The translations under genes were made by a program, and so were the position numbers. The notes beneath the pieces are model-generated. The model was not told the origin of the DNA. It did no database searches and saw only the letters and a list, made by a program, of their open reading frames with translations. Below, piece after piece: positions 40,875 through 54,064 of a stretch of DNA of 64,000 nucleotides. Numbering within the stretch: position 1 is the first letter of the stretch; the number at the start of each line of letters is the position of its first letter. Source of the DNA: Octopus vulgaris (Eukaryota); the NCBI GenBank assembly GCA_951406725.2, contig CATOCA020000001.1, forward strand, positions 1,488,001 through 1,552,000, in the 5' to 3' direction.

Positions 40875-41177
40875 TACATATATATATATATGCAACCATA
40901 CCCACACTTGCATACATATGTATTAGAATATGATTGTTCCTTTCCAGCAACACAAAACCATCCAATGGCCATTTTTATGGGTTTTGAAAGAAAAAGCCTA
41001 CAGTTACAAGGAAAATGACAATAATAAAAGCACAGTAAAATAGAACGCAAAAGAAATATCTAAACCGGTTTTTATTAATTTGATTACCCTGTGTACGAGG
41101 GATACATTGTGTTGCAAGGAAGAGGGATATTATCGTTTGGAAGGAGAATCGCTTTCAATTGAAATTTCAGGAAGAAC

Positions 41178-41459
41178 CTGCGTGGTACCTTGGGCAAGTG
41201 TCTTCTACTATAGCCTCGGGCCGACCAAAACCTTGTGAGTGGATTTGGTAGACGGAAACAGAAAGAAGCCTGTCGTATATATGTATATGTATATATATCT
41301 ATGTGTGTGTATGTGTGTATATGTTTGTGTCTGTTTTTGCCCCCCCCTCCAACATAGCTTGACAACCGATGCTGGTGTGTTTACGACCCTGTAACTTAGC
41401 GGTTCGGCAAAAGAGACCGATAGAATAAATACTAGGCTTACAAAGAATAAGTACTGGGG
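41178..41459 (+). mobile_element. SINE fragment, inverted near-copy of 39994-40273
   Basis: Shares the same internal microsatellite string. Confidence 0.85.
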
Positions 41460-41689
41460 CCTTTTCTCTCTCGCGTCGCTTAATTTAGGCTTTTTGGACA
41501 CAGTTTCTGCACTTTGCACACTTGCAGGCCTTTTCATTAGAAATTTAGCAAGAGAAGTCTGCTTTTACCTGCCTTTTTATTCAGTCTTTAGTAGTTTTTC
41601 TGTGCCACATTGTAAATACTCGGCTAAGCTTTTTTCCATCTCTATACGTTCTTCTACTGCTATTGAGCATCTCCCAGTCTGGTCTTTCC

Positions 41690-42335
41690 TTAATTACAGT
41701 CGGTTGATATCTGCTTTCGGATGTTGAGCGCCACATATTTTCAGCAACTTATTAGGAGTTTTGTAGGAGTTCCTTGAGGCTTGCATTGTGGGAGTTCCTG
41801 GACACTTGCTCATTCTAATGTCGACCCTCCAGTTTGTGGCCAAAGCTTACTCTTGCGCTGCCAATATAGTGTTCTCGGTCTCTTTCTTTAGAATTCCTTT
41901 CATCAGCCAATCCCACCTACATTTTGCTATATGGAAATTCATTGTGTTCTCCCTTCTTGCGCCATTCATCTTCATTTCTTTTTGTGTTTCTTCCTTCGTT
42001 TTTCCTGCTTTCAATACTCCCTCATTCCTAACTGTCACTAACAAGGTTTCCTTACTTTGGGTTCGGTATCTCATTAAGCCTTCGAGTTCGAAACGCACGC
42101 AGTTTCCCACACTTATCAGTCCCTTTTCTCCATTCACTCTCTTCGTGTATCGGCGATCGTGGTCTGCATGTGGATGATGGGCTCCATACATCGTTAGAAC
42201 CTTTCTTGACTTCCTGTCCATCTCCTTTAGCTTCTCTGTCCACTTCAGTTTTTCAGCTTTCAAACCAATATTTTGATCACTCGCCAAAAGTGCTCTCTTT
42301 TTCTCTTTTCCTTCATGTCGTGGTGTTTGATTCCA
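41690..42335 (-). mobile_element. RLE LINE fragment (duplicate at 50580-50880)
   Basis: DRKSRKVLTMYGAHHPHAD...GLI...LKKETENTILAAQE. Confidence 0.85.
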
Positions 42336-43345
42336 TCTGTGTGTGTGTGAGTGTTAGAGAGAGAGAGAGGGAGTGTGTGTGTGTGTGGGGGGGGCATTGT
42401 AAGCGATGAATGAAATGAACATTAAATGAAAAAATCGTGTAAATGAAAGGACATAATAAACGGAATAATATAGGTTTCAAATATTGGTACGTGACCAGCA
42501 GATTTGTTGTAGGGGGTTAAGTTGATTACATTGACCCAGAGCTCAACTTGCGCTTATTTTATCGACACAGAAATTATGAAAAGCAAAGTCAATCTTGGCG
42601 GAATTTGAACTTAGAACGTAAAGACAGACGAAGTACTGCAAAGCATTTCTCCCGCTCTGCTAACGATTCTGCCAGCTTACCGCCTAATTTAAGGATTAAT
42701 AGTGATAAGTTTTCATAATGGTCTAATGAGAAATTGAAATCATCACATCACTAAATGCATATGAAAATCTATTCAATTTGACAGTGCCATAATAACATTT
42801 GAGAGAAGTAAATTGCTTATATTCTATGACAAACAGATATGTAGGGTATGTTATTGAATATTTGAAGATTCTACAACCACCGCTCCAACGTAATGTATGC
42901 AAAGAGGTATGTACCAGTAATATCCCTGTTGTTTTTCTGCTTCTCTCTCTACTCAGCCTGTCTGCAGAATGTTTACGAAAACGTGCTTTTAACGATATTA
43001 CAATAATGAACTCAACTCTCCAAAGTAATAAATTCTTTCATAACGTTTCCATAAATGAGTCAAATGATTTGCCGTTGAACGGGATGGACACATTCCTGGA
43101 GGACTCAAACGGGAGAATAGGTTGCATTACCTTTTGAAAAATCATTGTAATTACAAACACACACACACACAGGACAGTCATAATGGAACAGACATAGAAA
43201 GACATACACATACACACTCACCACCCCCACCTCCACCAGAGTGGTCGTATTTAAACAGACAGAAAGTCACTCACAAAAATTACTTCTTCTCATCCTGCTA
43301 CTTCTACTACTGTAAAAGTCATTTAAAAATAATTTGCTCGCTCAC

Positions 43346-43488
43346 CATCATCAATGCCTTTGCTCTGTTCTGCATTGTAACATTGAGACATGTCTGGTTC
43401 TTGCCAGATACCAGTAAACGGTGAACACTTTTGTGATGACAGGTTTTGACTTGATGCCATTTCTGGATGCCCCATCGTTCTGGAAGAA
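43346..43488 (-). CDS. Exon H: HRM domain part 2
   Basis: ttttttcag| and |gtgagc; 143 nt, phase 2->1. SSRTMGHPEMASSQNLSSQKCSPFTGIWQEPDMSQCYNAEQSKGIDD contains the HRM GxWxxPDxSxC motif. Confidence 0.88.
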
Positions 43489-44900
43489 CTGAAAAAATAA
43501 ATGTTAAATATTGTCAGTCGAGTTTATTCATTCTGAGGAGAATTTCATCAGTCTCAGAGGAATATAAGAAACCTTCGAACTGGTCGTGATTTGAACTCAT
43601 AATTTAGTGAAAGAAGGATAAATGGTGTCTTGCATTTGGGGGAGAAATCTATTATTTACTCCTGACCCCTATCCTCAAAACTAATGTCAAATATTTTCTA
43701 ACTAGAGTTCAGATATAAAAACAATATTCCTGCATCTGTTTTTATTTACAATAATTTCTTGTTTTTATGATTATTCAATACAAGATTAGTTGGAACGGTG
43801 TAAGTGATGCAGCATTAAGGAGCCAAGTTGTTAGTTCAAGTTGAATGGGGGAATTAGTTGCTAATATTTCGCCACCATAGACATCAGTAGCAACAGCGGC
43901 AGCAATGGATTTATGTATATTTTCCTACATATGCACAGATTTGAGTGATTCCACCAGTTGGTCTTGTCTTAAAACTAATAAAGCTCAGCCTGTGGGAGGA
44001 ACAATTTAGATGCTTAACCTGTGGAATGACGTGGTAGAAATGAGAGAAGAGAGACCGTGTTACATAGTCTGTGATGAGTGAAATCCCAGGATGACCATCA
44101 TGTACTAGCAAGATATATAGCTCTAATGTAATCATAAAATTGAATAAATAGTATTAGCCTGAATCCAACAGAATCACTGATAGATTCTATTGGCTGTATC
44201 TAGGTATGTGCTTTCTTTGCTACAATTATTTTGTGAAATTCTGGAACTTACAAGAATCTTTAAATCTTTGAATAATGCTGATTTCAAATTTTGCCACAGG
44301 GTCAGATATTTTGGGTGGGGATAGTTCGATAACATAGACCCCCGCTTACTTATTTTATCGATCCCGAAAGGGTAAAAGATAAAGTTTACCCTGGTAGCAT
44401 TTGATCTCAGAATGTAAAGTCAGAGGAAATGCTGCTAAGCATTTTGTCCGGCATGGAAACGATTCCGCCAGGTCAGCACCATAAAGCCTTGTCTAATATT
44501 GGTTTCAAATTTTGGCACAAGGCCAGCAATTTCAGGGGAAGGGTTAAGTTGTTTACACCAAACCCAGTGCTCAATTGGTATTTATTTCATCGAACCGAAA
44601 AAATTAAAGGCAAAGTCGACCTTAGGGGAATTTGAACTCAGAACATAAAAACGAATGAAATGAAAGCTTTGTATAATATTGGCGACAAAGCAAACCTAGA
44701 TAGTTAGGACAAGGCTAAATTATATCAAATAATGTATAAAATGTAAAAATGGTGGGACAAGAGATTGCAACCGATAGACGTTTAATTCTATCTTGTTAAT
44801 CTATAAACCTGTTATTTGCTCTACCAAGTAACATTCTCTCACAATAGGATGACGCTGAAAACTTCAAATTTTGAGCAGAAATAAATCAATACAAACGAAC

Positions 44901-45015
44901 CAATGCCTGGTGGCTACATTTCCATTACATGGGATCTCCGCAGTAGTTCCTATTTTTGTCATTGGCCAAGAGAAAGCTCGATTGTTAGTTGATGTTGTGC
45001 TTTCATCACAAACCA
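44901..45015 (-). CDS. Exon G: hormone-receptor (HRM) domain part 1
   Basis: ctttttcag| and |gttcgt; 115 nt, phase 1->2. VCDESTTSTNNRAFSWPMTKIGTTAEIPCNGNVATRH(C) fits the HRM C...WPxTxxGxxxxxPC...AxRxC motif. Confidence 0.88.
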
Positions 45016-45075
45016 CTGAAAAAGAAGCAAAATATGGACATGAAAGAAGCCAGTAGTAGTAGTAGTAGTAGCAGC

Positions 45076-45134
<59 letters not shown>

Positions 45135-46061
45135 CAGCAGCAGCAGCAGTAGTTAATGTTGGAAATAAATTGTTTGGACCACCTGCTGGCTGATTTGAGG
45201 ACAATGATACACGAAGTGTTGCAAACATACACGGAGAGCATATATATTTATTCAAAATAGACAGATTTCTAGATTTTCATTTAGTAGTTTGTAAAGAGAT
45301 AAATGATTTAGAAATGAATTACAATCCCTTACAACACAAGGACCCAACCAGGCTCCATGCAATTCTTGGAAGTGTAGTCTATTCTTAACTAAAATGGCGA
45401 CAATATGATTTTCTCCATATTCTTGCTCTGTTAAAATATTTGAGAAAAATTACATTAAAGTGTCCTACTTATTAAAATTCTAATTCATTATTTATGCAGC
45501 TGAAGATGGCATTACATTTAAATTGATGTAATTTTTGTATTGTTCAATTAAATTTAGCCGATTGAAACTGCATAACTACTTGAGATCCTGTAGATTATAT
45601 ATATATATATTCTTATATATATTTTTTCTTATATATTCTTAAAAAACAATAAATAAAATAGAAATAGAGGTGTGTGCATATGTATATATATATATTTTAT
45701 ATTTTCTCGAGCAATATATAACTGGTTACGGAATATGACTACTCAGAATGCTAGTCTGTTTCGCGGCCTCTAGCGTTGAATTTCGTCGATATATTGATCG
45801 CTCTTTAGACATACTAACCGGAAACGCAAAACCTAATGTATGCTAGAAATAGGTAGATGTTATATTGATTTGGCGATGGTAAAATGAAATGTATGGAAAC
45901 GAAGAGAAAATATATCATTTTTCGGCAATGGGATATGATTTGTTCCTCTCTTATATCTCTTAGACATTGTTTAAAGCGTATGAGCTGTGTGTGTATCTAT
46001 CGTTTCTTATTAAAAAATTAATATGATCACTTCGTACGAAATGAATTTTCACCGAGGAAAA

Positions 46062-46156
46062 TTATTTGCAGCATTGAATAATTTTCCTGAGTGAATTAAA
46101 GAAAGTACTGGAATTGTGTGAATTATTCTGCCCAGTAGAGTCTGCATCTTCTACTT
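46062..46156 (-). CDS. Candidate alternative terminal exon after exon F
   Basis: ctaattttgtatag| acceptor, phase 1, reads (K)VEDADSTGQNNSHNSSTFFNSLRKIIQCCK*. Nearly identical in the duplicate. Confidence 0.35.
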
Positions 46157-46472
46157 CTATACAAAATTAGAAGATGACTTTTTTGCCCTTGGTTAATTAG
46201 TATAATTAAAAAGAAACTGAGCAAAGACAAACAGTTCCGTAGGGACAAGAAACGGAAAAGCGCAAAATAAAATGCTTTTTTTTGAAATTATCCAAGCGTT
46301 GAGAAAATGTAAATAAATAGTTGTATGTATGAGAGAGAGAGAGGGAGAGAGTCTGTGTGCTTTGTATCATCTAATGTGGTTGATGATGACGACAAAGACT
46401 AAGAGGTTGGTGATTGATGAAGCTAATTATGACGGTAATGATGATTAAATTAATAAGAAACACGATACTTAC

Positions 46473-46627
46473 TTTCATCAATGAATTTCATGTGGGTTTT
46501 CTTAACTCCTAAGTTAAGCAATTCCTGGGATTTGTTCAAAACTTGGGAGATATTGCGCCGCAGTTGACTTTCAGTCATTTCGCTAAATACTGTACAGTAA
46601 ATAGCAAATATTTTATTTCTGTTTGAG
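46473..46627 (-). CDS. Exon F: SEA-like module part 3
   Basis: ttttatttcag| and |gtaagt; 155 nt, phase 2->1. SNRNKIFAIYCTVFSEMTESQLRRNISQVLNKSQELLNLGVKKTHMKFIDE. The SEA call is inferred from the strand/helix pattern and its position before HRM. Confidence 0.8.
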
Positions 46628-46705
46628 CTGAAATAAAAAATAAATACATACATGTATGTCGGTATGTATGTATGTATGTAGCTAGCTAGCTAGAAATATA
46701 CATAC

Positions 46706-46756
<51 letters not shown>

Positions 46757-47271
46757 TCGTTTAAAAGCTGCCCTGTTAATCCTTGGGCCCAACAATGACA
46801 CCATGCATTGAGTACATATTAAATTTCATGAAACATGAATATTTCTCAAGCAATGAACAATTTTCATCAAAGCAATGATATAATTTGTCGACTCGGAACT
46901 TATTGCAAAGCTTCATGATAAACAACAGTACCACCACCATCGCCACCACATCTGCCATACACACGCCATCCAGACTTCTGACGCCATCACCATCAATACT
47001 TTGCATCACTTTCCGCTCCACCACCATCACCACTGTCTTTCACATCGCTTTCTATCAGTATATTCAAATATAGCTCAGGATTGGATCATCATAGCTAAAA
47101 TAACCGCATTCAGTATGGTTGAGAACAGAATTAGTGAAGAAGGCTCGAACTACAAGCGGGTGACTAAAAGTTGGCCTTAAGAATATATTCGTCCACTAAG
47201 AAATCCACATGAAGGTCTTCACTCCCTGCATAAATCTTTGAATACACTTTATATATGTATTTATACATATA

Positions 47272-47665
47272 CAGGAGTGGCTGTGTGGTAAGTAGCTTGC
47301 TAACCAACCACATGGTTCCGGGTTCAGTCCCACTGCGTGGCATCTTGGGCTAGTGTCTTCTGCTATAGCTCCGGGCCGACCAATGCCTTGTGAGTGGATT
47401 TGGTAGACGGAAACTGAAAGAAGCCTGTCGTATATATGTATATATATGTGTGTGTGTATGTGTGTGTGTTTGTGTGTCTGTGTTTGTCTCCCAAGCATTG
47501 CTGGTGTGTTTACTCCCCGTCACTTAGCGGTTCGGCAAAAGAGACCGATAGAATAAGTACTGGGCTTACAAAGAATAAGTCCCGGGGTCGATTTGCTCGA
47601 TTAAAGGTGGTGCTCCAGCATGGCCGCAGTCAAATGACTGAAACAAGTAAAAGAGAGAAAAAGTG
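47272..47665 (+). mobile_element. Full-length tRNA-derived SINE
   Basis: A box tggctgtgtgg, B box ggttcagtccc, internal (TG)n and an (AG)-rich tail. Absent from the paralogous segment near 33700. Confidence 0.88.
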
Positions 47666-47671
47666 AGAGAG

Positions 47672-47706
<35 letters not shown>

Positions 47707-48675
47707 CAACAATTGAGGGTAAAATTAATTAATTATTAATCAATTTCACCAAGTGTTCAGTATGCAAAGGGACCATTTAAGGCGAATTCAAATTATTACA
47801 TTATATAAAAGGGCTTAGTAAAATAAATTAGCATACTGAACTCATTAGAAATAGCAGCTAAAAACTTTTTAAAGCTATTTCTAATATAAGAAAATCTCTC
47901 TCATATATAGTGTTATATATATAGTTTATATATATATATATATATATATAATTACCTGGTTGGTTTTAAAATGTGTGTTAGCTACCTTCAATATTTTATA
48001 ATCTTCACATTGCCATTTTGTGAAATCAATCACTCATTTTTATGTCATTCTCAATGATACTGAGAGGCGTGAGTTAGCCTCCACCAGCCGTAATGGAGTG
48101 AGCATTGCTGATGAGTATTAACTTCCTATAAGAAATTACCATGCTAATCTAATCCATCTGGCTTACCGTGGGGAATGTTCTCCCCACTGTCAATGCAAAC
48201 AGACCATATGTCTTTTTGTGGCTAAGGAGTTTATGACTAATATTTCTAAGAATGCTGGTTCTCACTGCACTCTTTTCACACTTAGTGACTGTGAATTATT
48301 TCCTTGTTGGTTTCAAATTGCCGATACCCACCTCAATTTATATATATACACACCCATATATGTGTGTGTATATATATGTGTGTATATATATGTGTGATGT
48401 ATATGTATGTATATATATATACATATATATACAGCAATTTAATAAATAAAACATATGCATACATACATACATATATGTACATACCTACATCTATACGTAT
48501 ATATACATACATATATGAGTACAGGATACCACAAATAAACGTAGAACACAACGAGAAACGAAGACAAAAAATCAAACAAGGAAACAGACTTTTTCCAACA
48601 ACGAAAAACAGAGTACAGGACAAACAATACAAGGAAAATTCCCTTCTTCAGCTGGCCCTGTTTCGACTCAATGCG

Positions 48676-48707
<32 letters not shown>

Positions 48708-48922
48708 AGTTCTCTCTGTATCTTTATATGGGTTTGTTTGTCCTTTGTATAATAAAACATGGATAAAACACTTAAACATTTCATTGAATGTATGAATTAG
48801 TATATTCTGGGTCACAAGTACAACACTGTTGATTATTGTGACGTATAATACATGCGATAAAATCGAATGTTTGGAACAAAAGCAAATAAATTTGAATAAA
48901 TGTGTTAGAAGCATTTGCTTAC

Positions 48923-48975
48923 CCACAGTCTTCAACTCTAAATGTTCCCGTCACGGTTGAAAGGTCATGCTCAAT
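48923..48975 (-). CDS. Exon E: SEA-like module part 2
   Basis: ctttttcag| and |gtaagc; 53 nt, phase 0->2. IEHDLSTVTGTFRVEDC(G). Supplies exactly the phase needed between D and F. Confidence 0.8.
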
Positions 48976-48987
48976 CTGAAAAAGCCG

Positions 48988-49036
<49 letters not shown>

Positions 49037-49570
49037 TAAATTCAAGAAACAAAGCTGAGTTTGATTTAAAAGCGTTGAGATGTATTGAAAAATAAAGAAA
49101 TAATTTTATTCTGAAACGCAGGATAATGCTAATGATATAACGTGAACCGCATGAAATATCCATAATTTGCAGATAAATCTGTCGTCAGCCAGCTATGTGA
49201 CTACACCTCACACCCCTGTGATTACGCTTCAAGTGCTTTACCATTAAGCTAAACTGCGCGAACGACAAATACTTCTGCAAAGTTAGGCTATATACATCTA
49301 GCTTTATAAGACGCGTAATCTGGCCGCCGACAGAGTTTTCGGCAACAGGTGAATACGTTATCCTGTTCATGCTATACTATTAGCATTATCCTGCGTTTGA
49401 GAATATAATTATATATAAATATATTAGCTTGACACTCGGTAAAGTGGGGGAAATGAGAGGGTTTTTAATGTTCCGAGCATATCTCTTTTTCAGAAAGGAA
49501 AACGAAAATGTTGAGAAGAAAAATATTACCAAAAGGAAGTGTGTGATTACATATGTTCTTATGTGTGTGT

Positions 49571-49607
<37 letters not shown>

Positions 49608-50020
49608 TGTGTGTCTGTGTCTGTGTCTGTGTGTGTCTGTGTGTAAACACAAGATTAGTGAATATTTGAGTAGGATTTTATTTACTGTCAGAATCGGAAA
49701 TTATATCACGGAATATATTAAGACAAAATAGTGGATAGAACAGTCTTTTTATTGACCAGAAAAAATTCAGTAAGTTAAAAAAGAAAGTTTTATGTAATAG
49801 TTTACTATCAGTAAATGGAGTTGATTGTCTGAATTTCATGAAACCTCACTATTTATTTGACGTTTCACATTTCTTCTATAAAATATGCATGTGTGTGTGT
49901 GTGTGTGTGTGCGTGAGAGTGTGTATGTGTATGCATGTGTGCGCATGTTCAGTGCATATGTGTGCGCGCACGCGCGTCTGTGTACGGAGAAAGAGAGAGA
50001 GAGGGCAGATATCTACTCAC

Positions 50021-50103
50021 GGCTCTTGATATGTTCTCAGCAGGGATTTTATATTCGTTGAACTTTTTAAAAATCAAACGAAATACGAGGGATTTGGTCC
50101 AGC
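50021..50103 (-). CDS. Exon D: SEA-like module part 1
   Basis: ccatag| and |gtgagt; 83 nt, phase 1->0. (G)WTKSLVFRLIFKKFNEYKIPAENISRA. Its duplicate copy is also open. Confidence 0.8.
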
Positions 50104-50513
50104 CTATGGATTGATATAGAAAATAATCGCTGCGTTTATAAATGAGACACACGTCATAGATGCACATAAAACCCACATACGTAGATAAAAATATACATTC
50201 ATAATCACATATACACTTAAAACTCTATATATATATATATATTATTCTTATTCTACCTATTATATACGTTTTTATTATTATTATTATTTGCAATTTACTT
50301 AAGCATTGACATTTAATTGTTATTTATTTTTATATTTCTATTATATGTAATTTTCTAGATGGTGTAATTTAATTGTTCATTTTGAATTGATAAAAAGTGT
50401 TTTTTTTTATTTTAATTTTTTATATATATCTTATATTGTGTGAAATTTGATTTAGTATTTCTAAATTTAATTTTTCCCTTGTAAGTTTGGATTTTATTCA
50501 CTCAAATAATAAT

Positions 50514-50583
<70 letters not shown>

Positions 50584-51067
50584 TTATCATTCCCTTTCTT
50601 CCTGTCGCTCTCTTCGTGTATCGGCTATCAATGCCTGCACATGGATGATTGGTTCCATACATCGATAGGACCTTTCTTGACTTCCTGTCCAACTCCTTTA
50701 GCTTCTCCTCTGTCCACTTCAGTTTTCCAGCGTCATTCCGAACTACTGCGACTGCGTGCGAGTTTATCGCCGAAATTATGTTCCAGGCATTCAGCTTTCT
50801 AACCAATATTTTGCTCACTCGCCAAAAGTGCTCTCTTTTACTCTTTTCCTTCATGACGTGGTGCTTGATTCCATCTGTGTGTGTGTGTGTGTGTGTGTGT
50901 GTTAGAGAGAGAGAGAGGGGGAGAGGGAGAGAGGGAGAGAGAGCATTGCAAATAGTATACACACATCAAAATATTTTCCCGTATATTAATTACTATAAAA
51001 TGTTCTTATTAACTATCAATTTGTAATAAACTTGTTGGTGTTATATTAGACAATAAATAACACTTAC

Positions 51068-51251
51068 CAATGAAATCATTCTTGTTACATAAGTGTCCGA
51101 CGCAACAACCAGTACAAGACGTGCCATTCGTCCGTTTATTGCATGTAAGGGTATTGTTTCTCATAGCTTCAACACATTTTCTGTATGTGCTGCAGGACCT
51201 TTCAGTCTTCAGTTTAGCACCGTTCATTGATATTGCGAATCGGCATACAGG
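51068..51251 (-). CDS. Exon C: second half of Ly6/uPAR-like domain
   Basis: ttattacag| and |gtaagt; 184 nt, phase 0->1. PVCRFAISMNGAKLKTERSCSTYRKC...SCTGCCVGHLCNKNDFI ends with the Ly6 CCxxxxCN motif. Confidence 0.85.
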
Positions 51252-53225
51252 CTGTAATAATAGATATGAAAATTATACACTACAACAACAATATTTATTA
51301 GTACGATTACTGCTAATTACAGCAACAACAACAGAAACAACACCACTGGGGATGTTTACCATGCAAGAAAGTTTAATCATTGCTTTAAAATACCCAAAAG
51401 CAATAAATGAAACCGTAAAGAGTTTCCGAATTGTTGAAAGTTAACAGCATAAGTAAAATTCCGTAAAAGTTATTGCTATTTAGTATTCAAAAATCATGTT
51501 TTAAATGCTTACAGTGTCCAAACCTCTCGGATCACAAGTAGATATGGACATCGGATCACGGTCTTTACAAAACCGCATCGCACTGTCACACATCGCCCAA
51601 CTTAAAATAGGTCAAATTATCCCAATAAAGATGTATCAATTCTCTAAAATTTCTTCTTACTGGAGGAATGCTCAAGAGGAATTTTTCATATAAAATTTAC
51701 GGAAAATCATGCGTACAAAACTCACCAACAAGAGAAACTAATATGCCTTTACCCAAAGATGAAAATGAAATATAATTGTCAGATTGAACTCCTCAGTCCA
51801 AGCAAATAAAACAGAAAATACATAAAACGAACACAAGAGAAACTTCGTTTTATTTTGCAAGTATATTTTATATGAAAATACGGTATATTAGTATAAAATT
51901 TGGAGAGAAAACAACCAAGGTCTTGTTAACTTAATAAGGGACATTCTGAAAGCGAAAAATATCAGAAATGGAGAAGAATATTTAAAGAAAAGAATCCATC
52001 ACGAAAACGCAATTAATAATCGCAAACACCTAACAATAATAAAAGCAATGAAAATGTAGACATTGAAGTTAGAAATAAGATTTGCATTGCCTTAGTTTGA
52101 AATTGAAACTTGTTTCTTCCAATGTTGGAAAAGTTTTAGAAAGAAAATTGGATCTCCCAAACTGAGTGAGGATGTCATGAAAAAATAACCAATGATAGTG
52201 TCCGAAGGCTGGCGTCTTCAAAAGAGCCAATGGAGTCTGTGATTGCAAATGAATGAATCATTACATAAGCTAACTCAGCTTCAAGAAAACAGAAAGGTCT
52301 GAGATCAGAACAGACAATGAAACAGGCAACAGAATGCAGCCATGCTCTTATGTCACGCTCTATTCTCCTATATTCTCGTAGATCAGTTAATGTGAAGCAT
52401 TGATCTGTGTCATTACCGGTGTCTTTTATTGTTTCTCTTGTGTTTCTTTCACCAATGTACAACTGTGTATTCAGAGATATGCCTGGCAATTTTAATTTGT
52501 GTTTTAGCTGCGTTTAATCGTATAGCTTTCACCTATTCCTGTTGAAATAATATGACCCCCATCCGTTATGTTCTGTGAAGCTTATTGTACTTCTTGATGT
52601 GAGGGCAGATTTAATCTGTTTCGAACATTTCATAATCTTTTCTATCAAACAACCACTTTTGCTATGGCCAACAGACGAAGGAGACGGTCATTTACTTCTT
52701 AACTTTTTCCTTAATCCGCTCCCTTTAATCTCTGCAAGATGGTAGGGCCACATCCAGCATGCAGTTATCCCCTCTAAGGTTAGTGGCCCGAGGTCATTCG
52801 ACAAGGAATCTTAATCCCAAGTTGACTTCTGGCCACATACATTCATACATCCTACTCTAAGGACAGCCATGTTTTGTCGGAGAAAGCTCACTTTAAGTTC
52901 GTGTGTTCGTTTCTTGAATAGGGATTCCTGGACAGGGAAGAACATTGTGTCCTTGAACAAGGCATTTCATATCACTTTGTTCCAGTCCAATCGAAGGAAA
53001 TGTATCCCAACCTAGTGATGTTCATCTATTTCTCCCTTCTGTCGTCACATCCTTGTTTTCCCATTGAGTCATGAATAAGAAGATCGACAGGGTGTGTGTA
53101 TGTCTACGCAGGCACATAAAAAAAACTAGCGAAAGCATATTACAATCTATGTGGACTTAATGGCTTTCGAGTGACGGCTGTGGATATATTTTAACGAAAA
53201 GGAAGAAAGTAATATTCTAGTTTAC

Positions 53226-53311
53226 CTCTGTTCCTGGACAGCTTGTCACTTCATTGCATATGATTCCTGAACATGTTTGACACTGTAAATTCCGTTGAAA
53301 TAACGAGTAAT
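53226..53311 (-). CDS. Exon B: first half of Ly6/uPAR-like (three-finger) domain
   Basis: ttctgtag| and |gtaaac; 86 nt, phase 1->0. YSLFQRNLQCQTCSGIICNEVTSCPGTE (LxCxxC start). In frame with exons A and C. Confidence 0.8.
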
Positions 53312-53868
53312 CTACAGAATACAAGTAAATATCTGTATTTATGAACCAAATAATGCAATGCATAGCAATAACAAGAAATATTTTCTTTCAGATGTAAAAA
53401 CAAATGTATGCGTGTTAGTATTGAAATCAATACATGTTAGACATATAAAGCAAATTATTAACAAAGACTATAAACCTATTTTCATGTTCATTTGGAAACG
53501 TTTCAATAATGTCACAAATTCAACTGAGAGAAGCATGAAAGCCACTTGTTGTCCTTTTAGTATTCTGATGTAACAAACACGTGAAAATCGTTGAACAAGT
53601 CAAATAAAGGGATTAAATTTGTAAGTTGCAACCATTGATGCAGTGGAAACTCCCTAATGAAACCTGAGAATCTCATTTAAGTTATGTTACAATGTCATAT
53701 AGTATGTGAAGAAGGCCATAATATGTGAAGTGAGCAAAACAATATTTGGATAAACAATAAAAATTATGATCACTAATATTGTGCTTTTTCCAATATACAC
53801 ACAATTATGTATGTATGTATGTATGTATGTATGTATGTATGAATGTATGTATGTATGTATGTAAGTAT

Positions 53869-53900
<32 letters not shown>

Positions 53901-53904
53901 GGTT

Positions 53905-54040
53905 TTAGTTGCCAATCCTGTAAAATACATTGTAGATATTTAGCTGGGCTAAAAAGTCACATTCGATCACAGCACCAGTAACAGTTAAGCTTCGTCCAAT
54001 GGCCATACTCGGTAACAAGGGGGCAGCCATAATAATACAT
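53905..54040 (+). mobile_element. 5'-truncated 3' end of the same RTE family as 2885-7020
   Basis: Aligns by eye with 6888-7015 (gctgggctaaaa..cacattcgatcacag..ccagtaacagtta..ggccatactcg); embedded in (TATG)n. Confidence 0.8.
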
Positions 54041-54064
54041 GTATGTATTATGTATGTATGTATG

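Noticed and set aside
45490-45580. CTGAAGA...GAAAC hammerhead-like motif
   Set aside because: Stems I and III do not pair convincingly; at best a dead relic.
48166-48290. Open frame with gtaagc donor present in both duplicate copies
   Set aside because: Its phases (1->0) do not fit between exon E (ends phase 2) and exon F; no recognisable motif.
51513-51600. Cys-containing minus-strand frame with a gtaagc donor (MCDSAMRFCKDRDPMSISTCDPRGLDT)
   Set aside because: It would need a phase-2 entry that does not fit exon A or B, and exons B+C already give a complete Ly6 cysteine set.
52175-52489. 104 aa minus ORF with LYIGE (GIY-YIG-like)
   Set aside because: The rest of the motif is missing, and it is not needed for or compatible with the exon chain.
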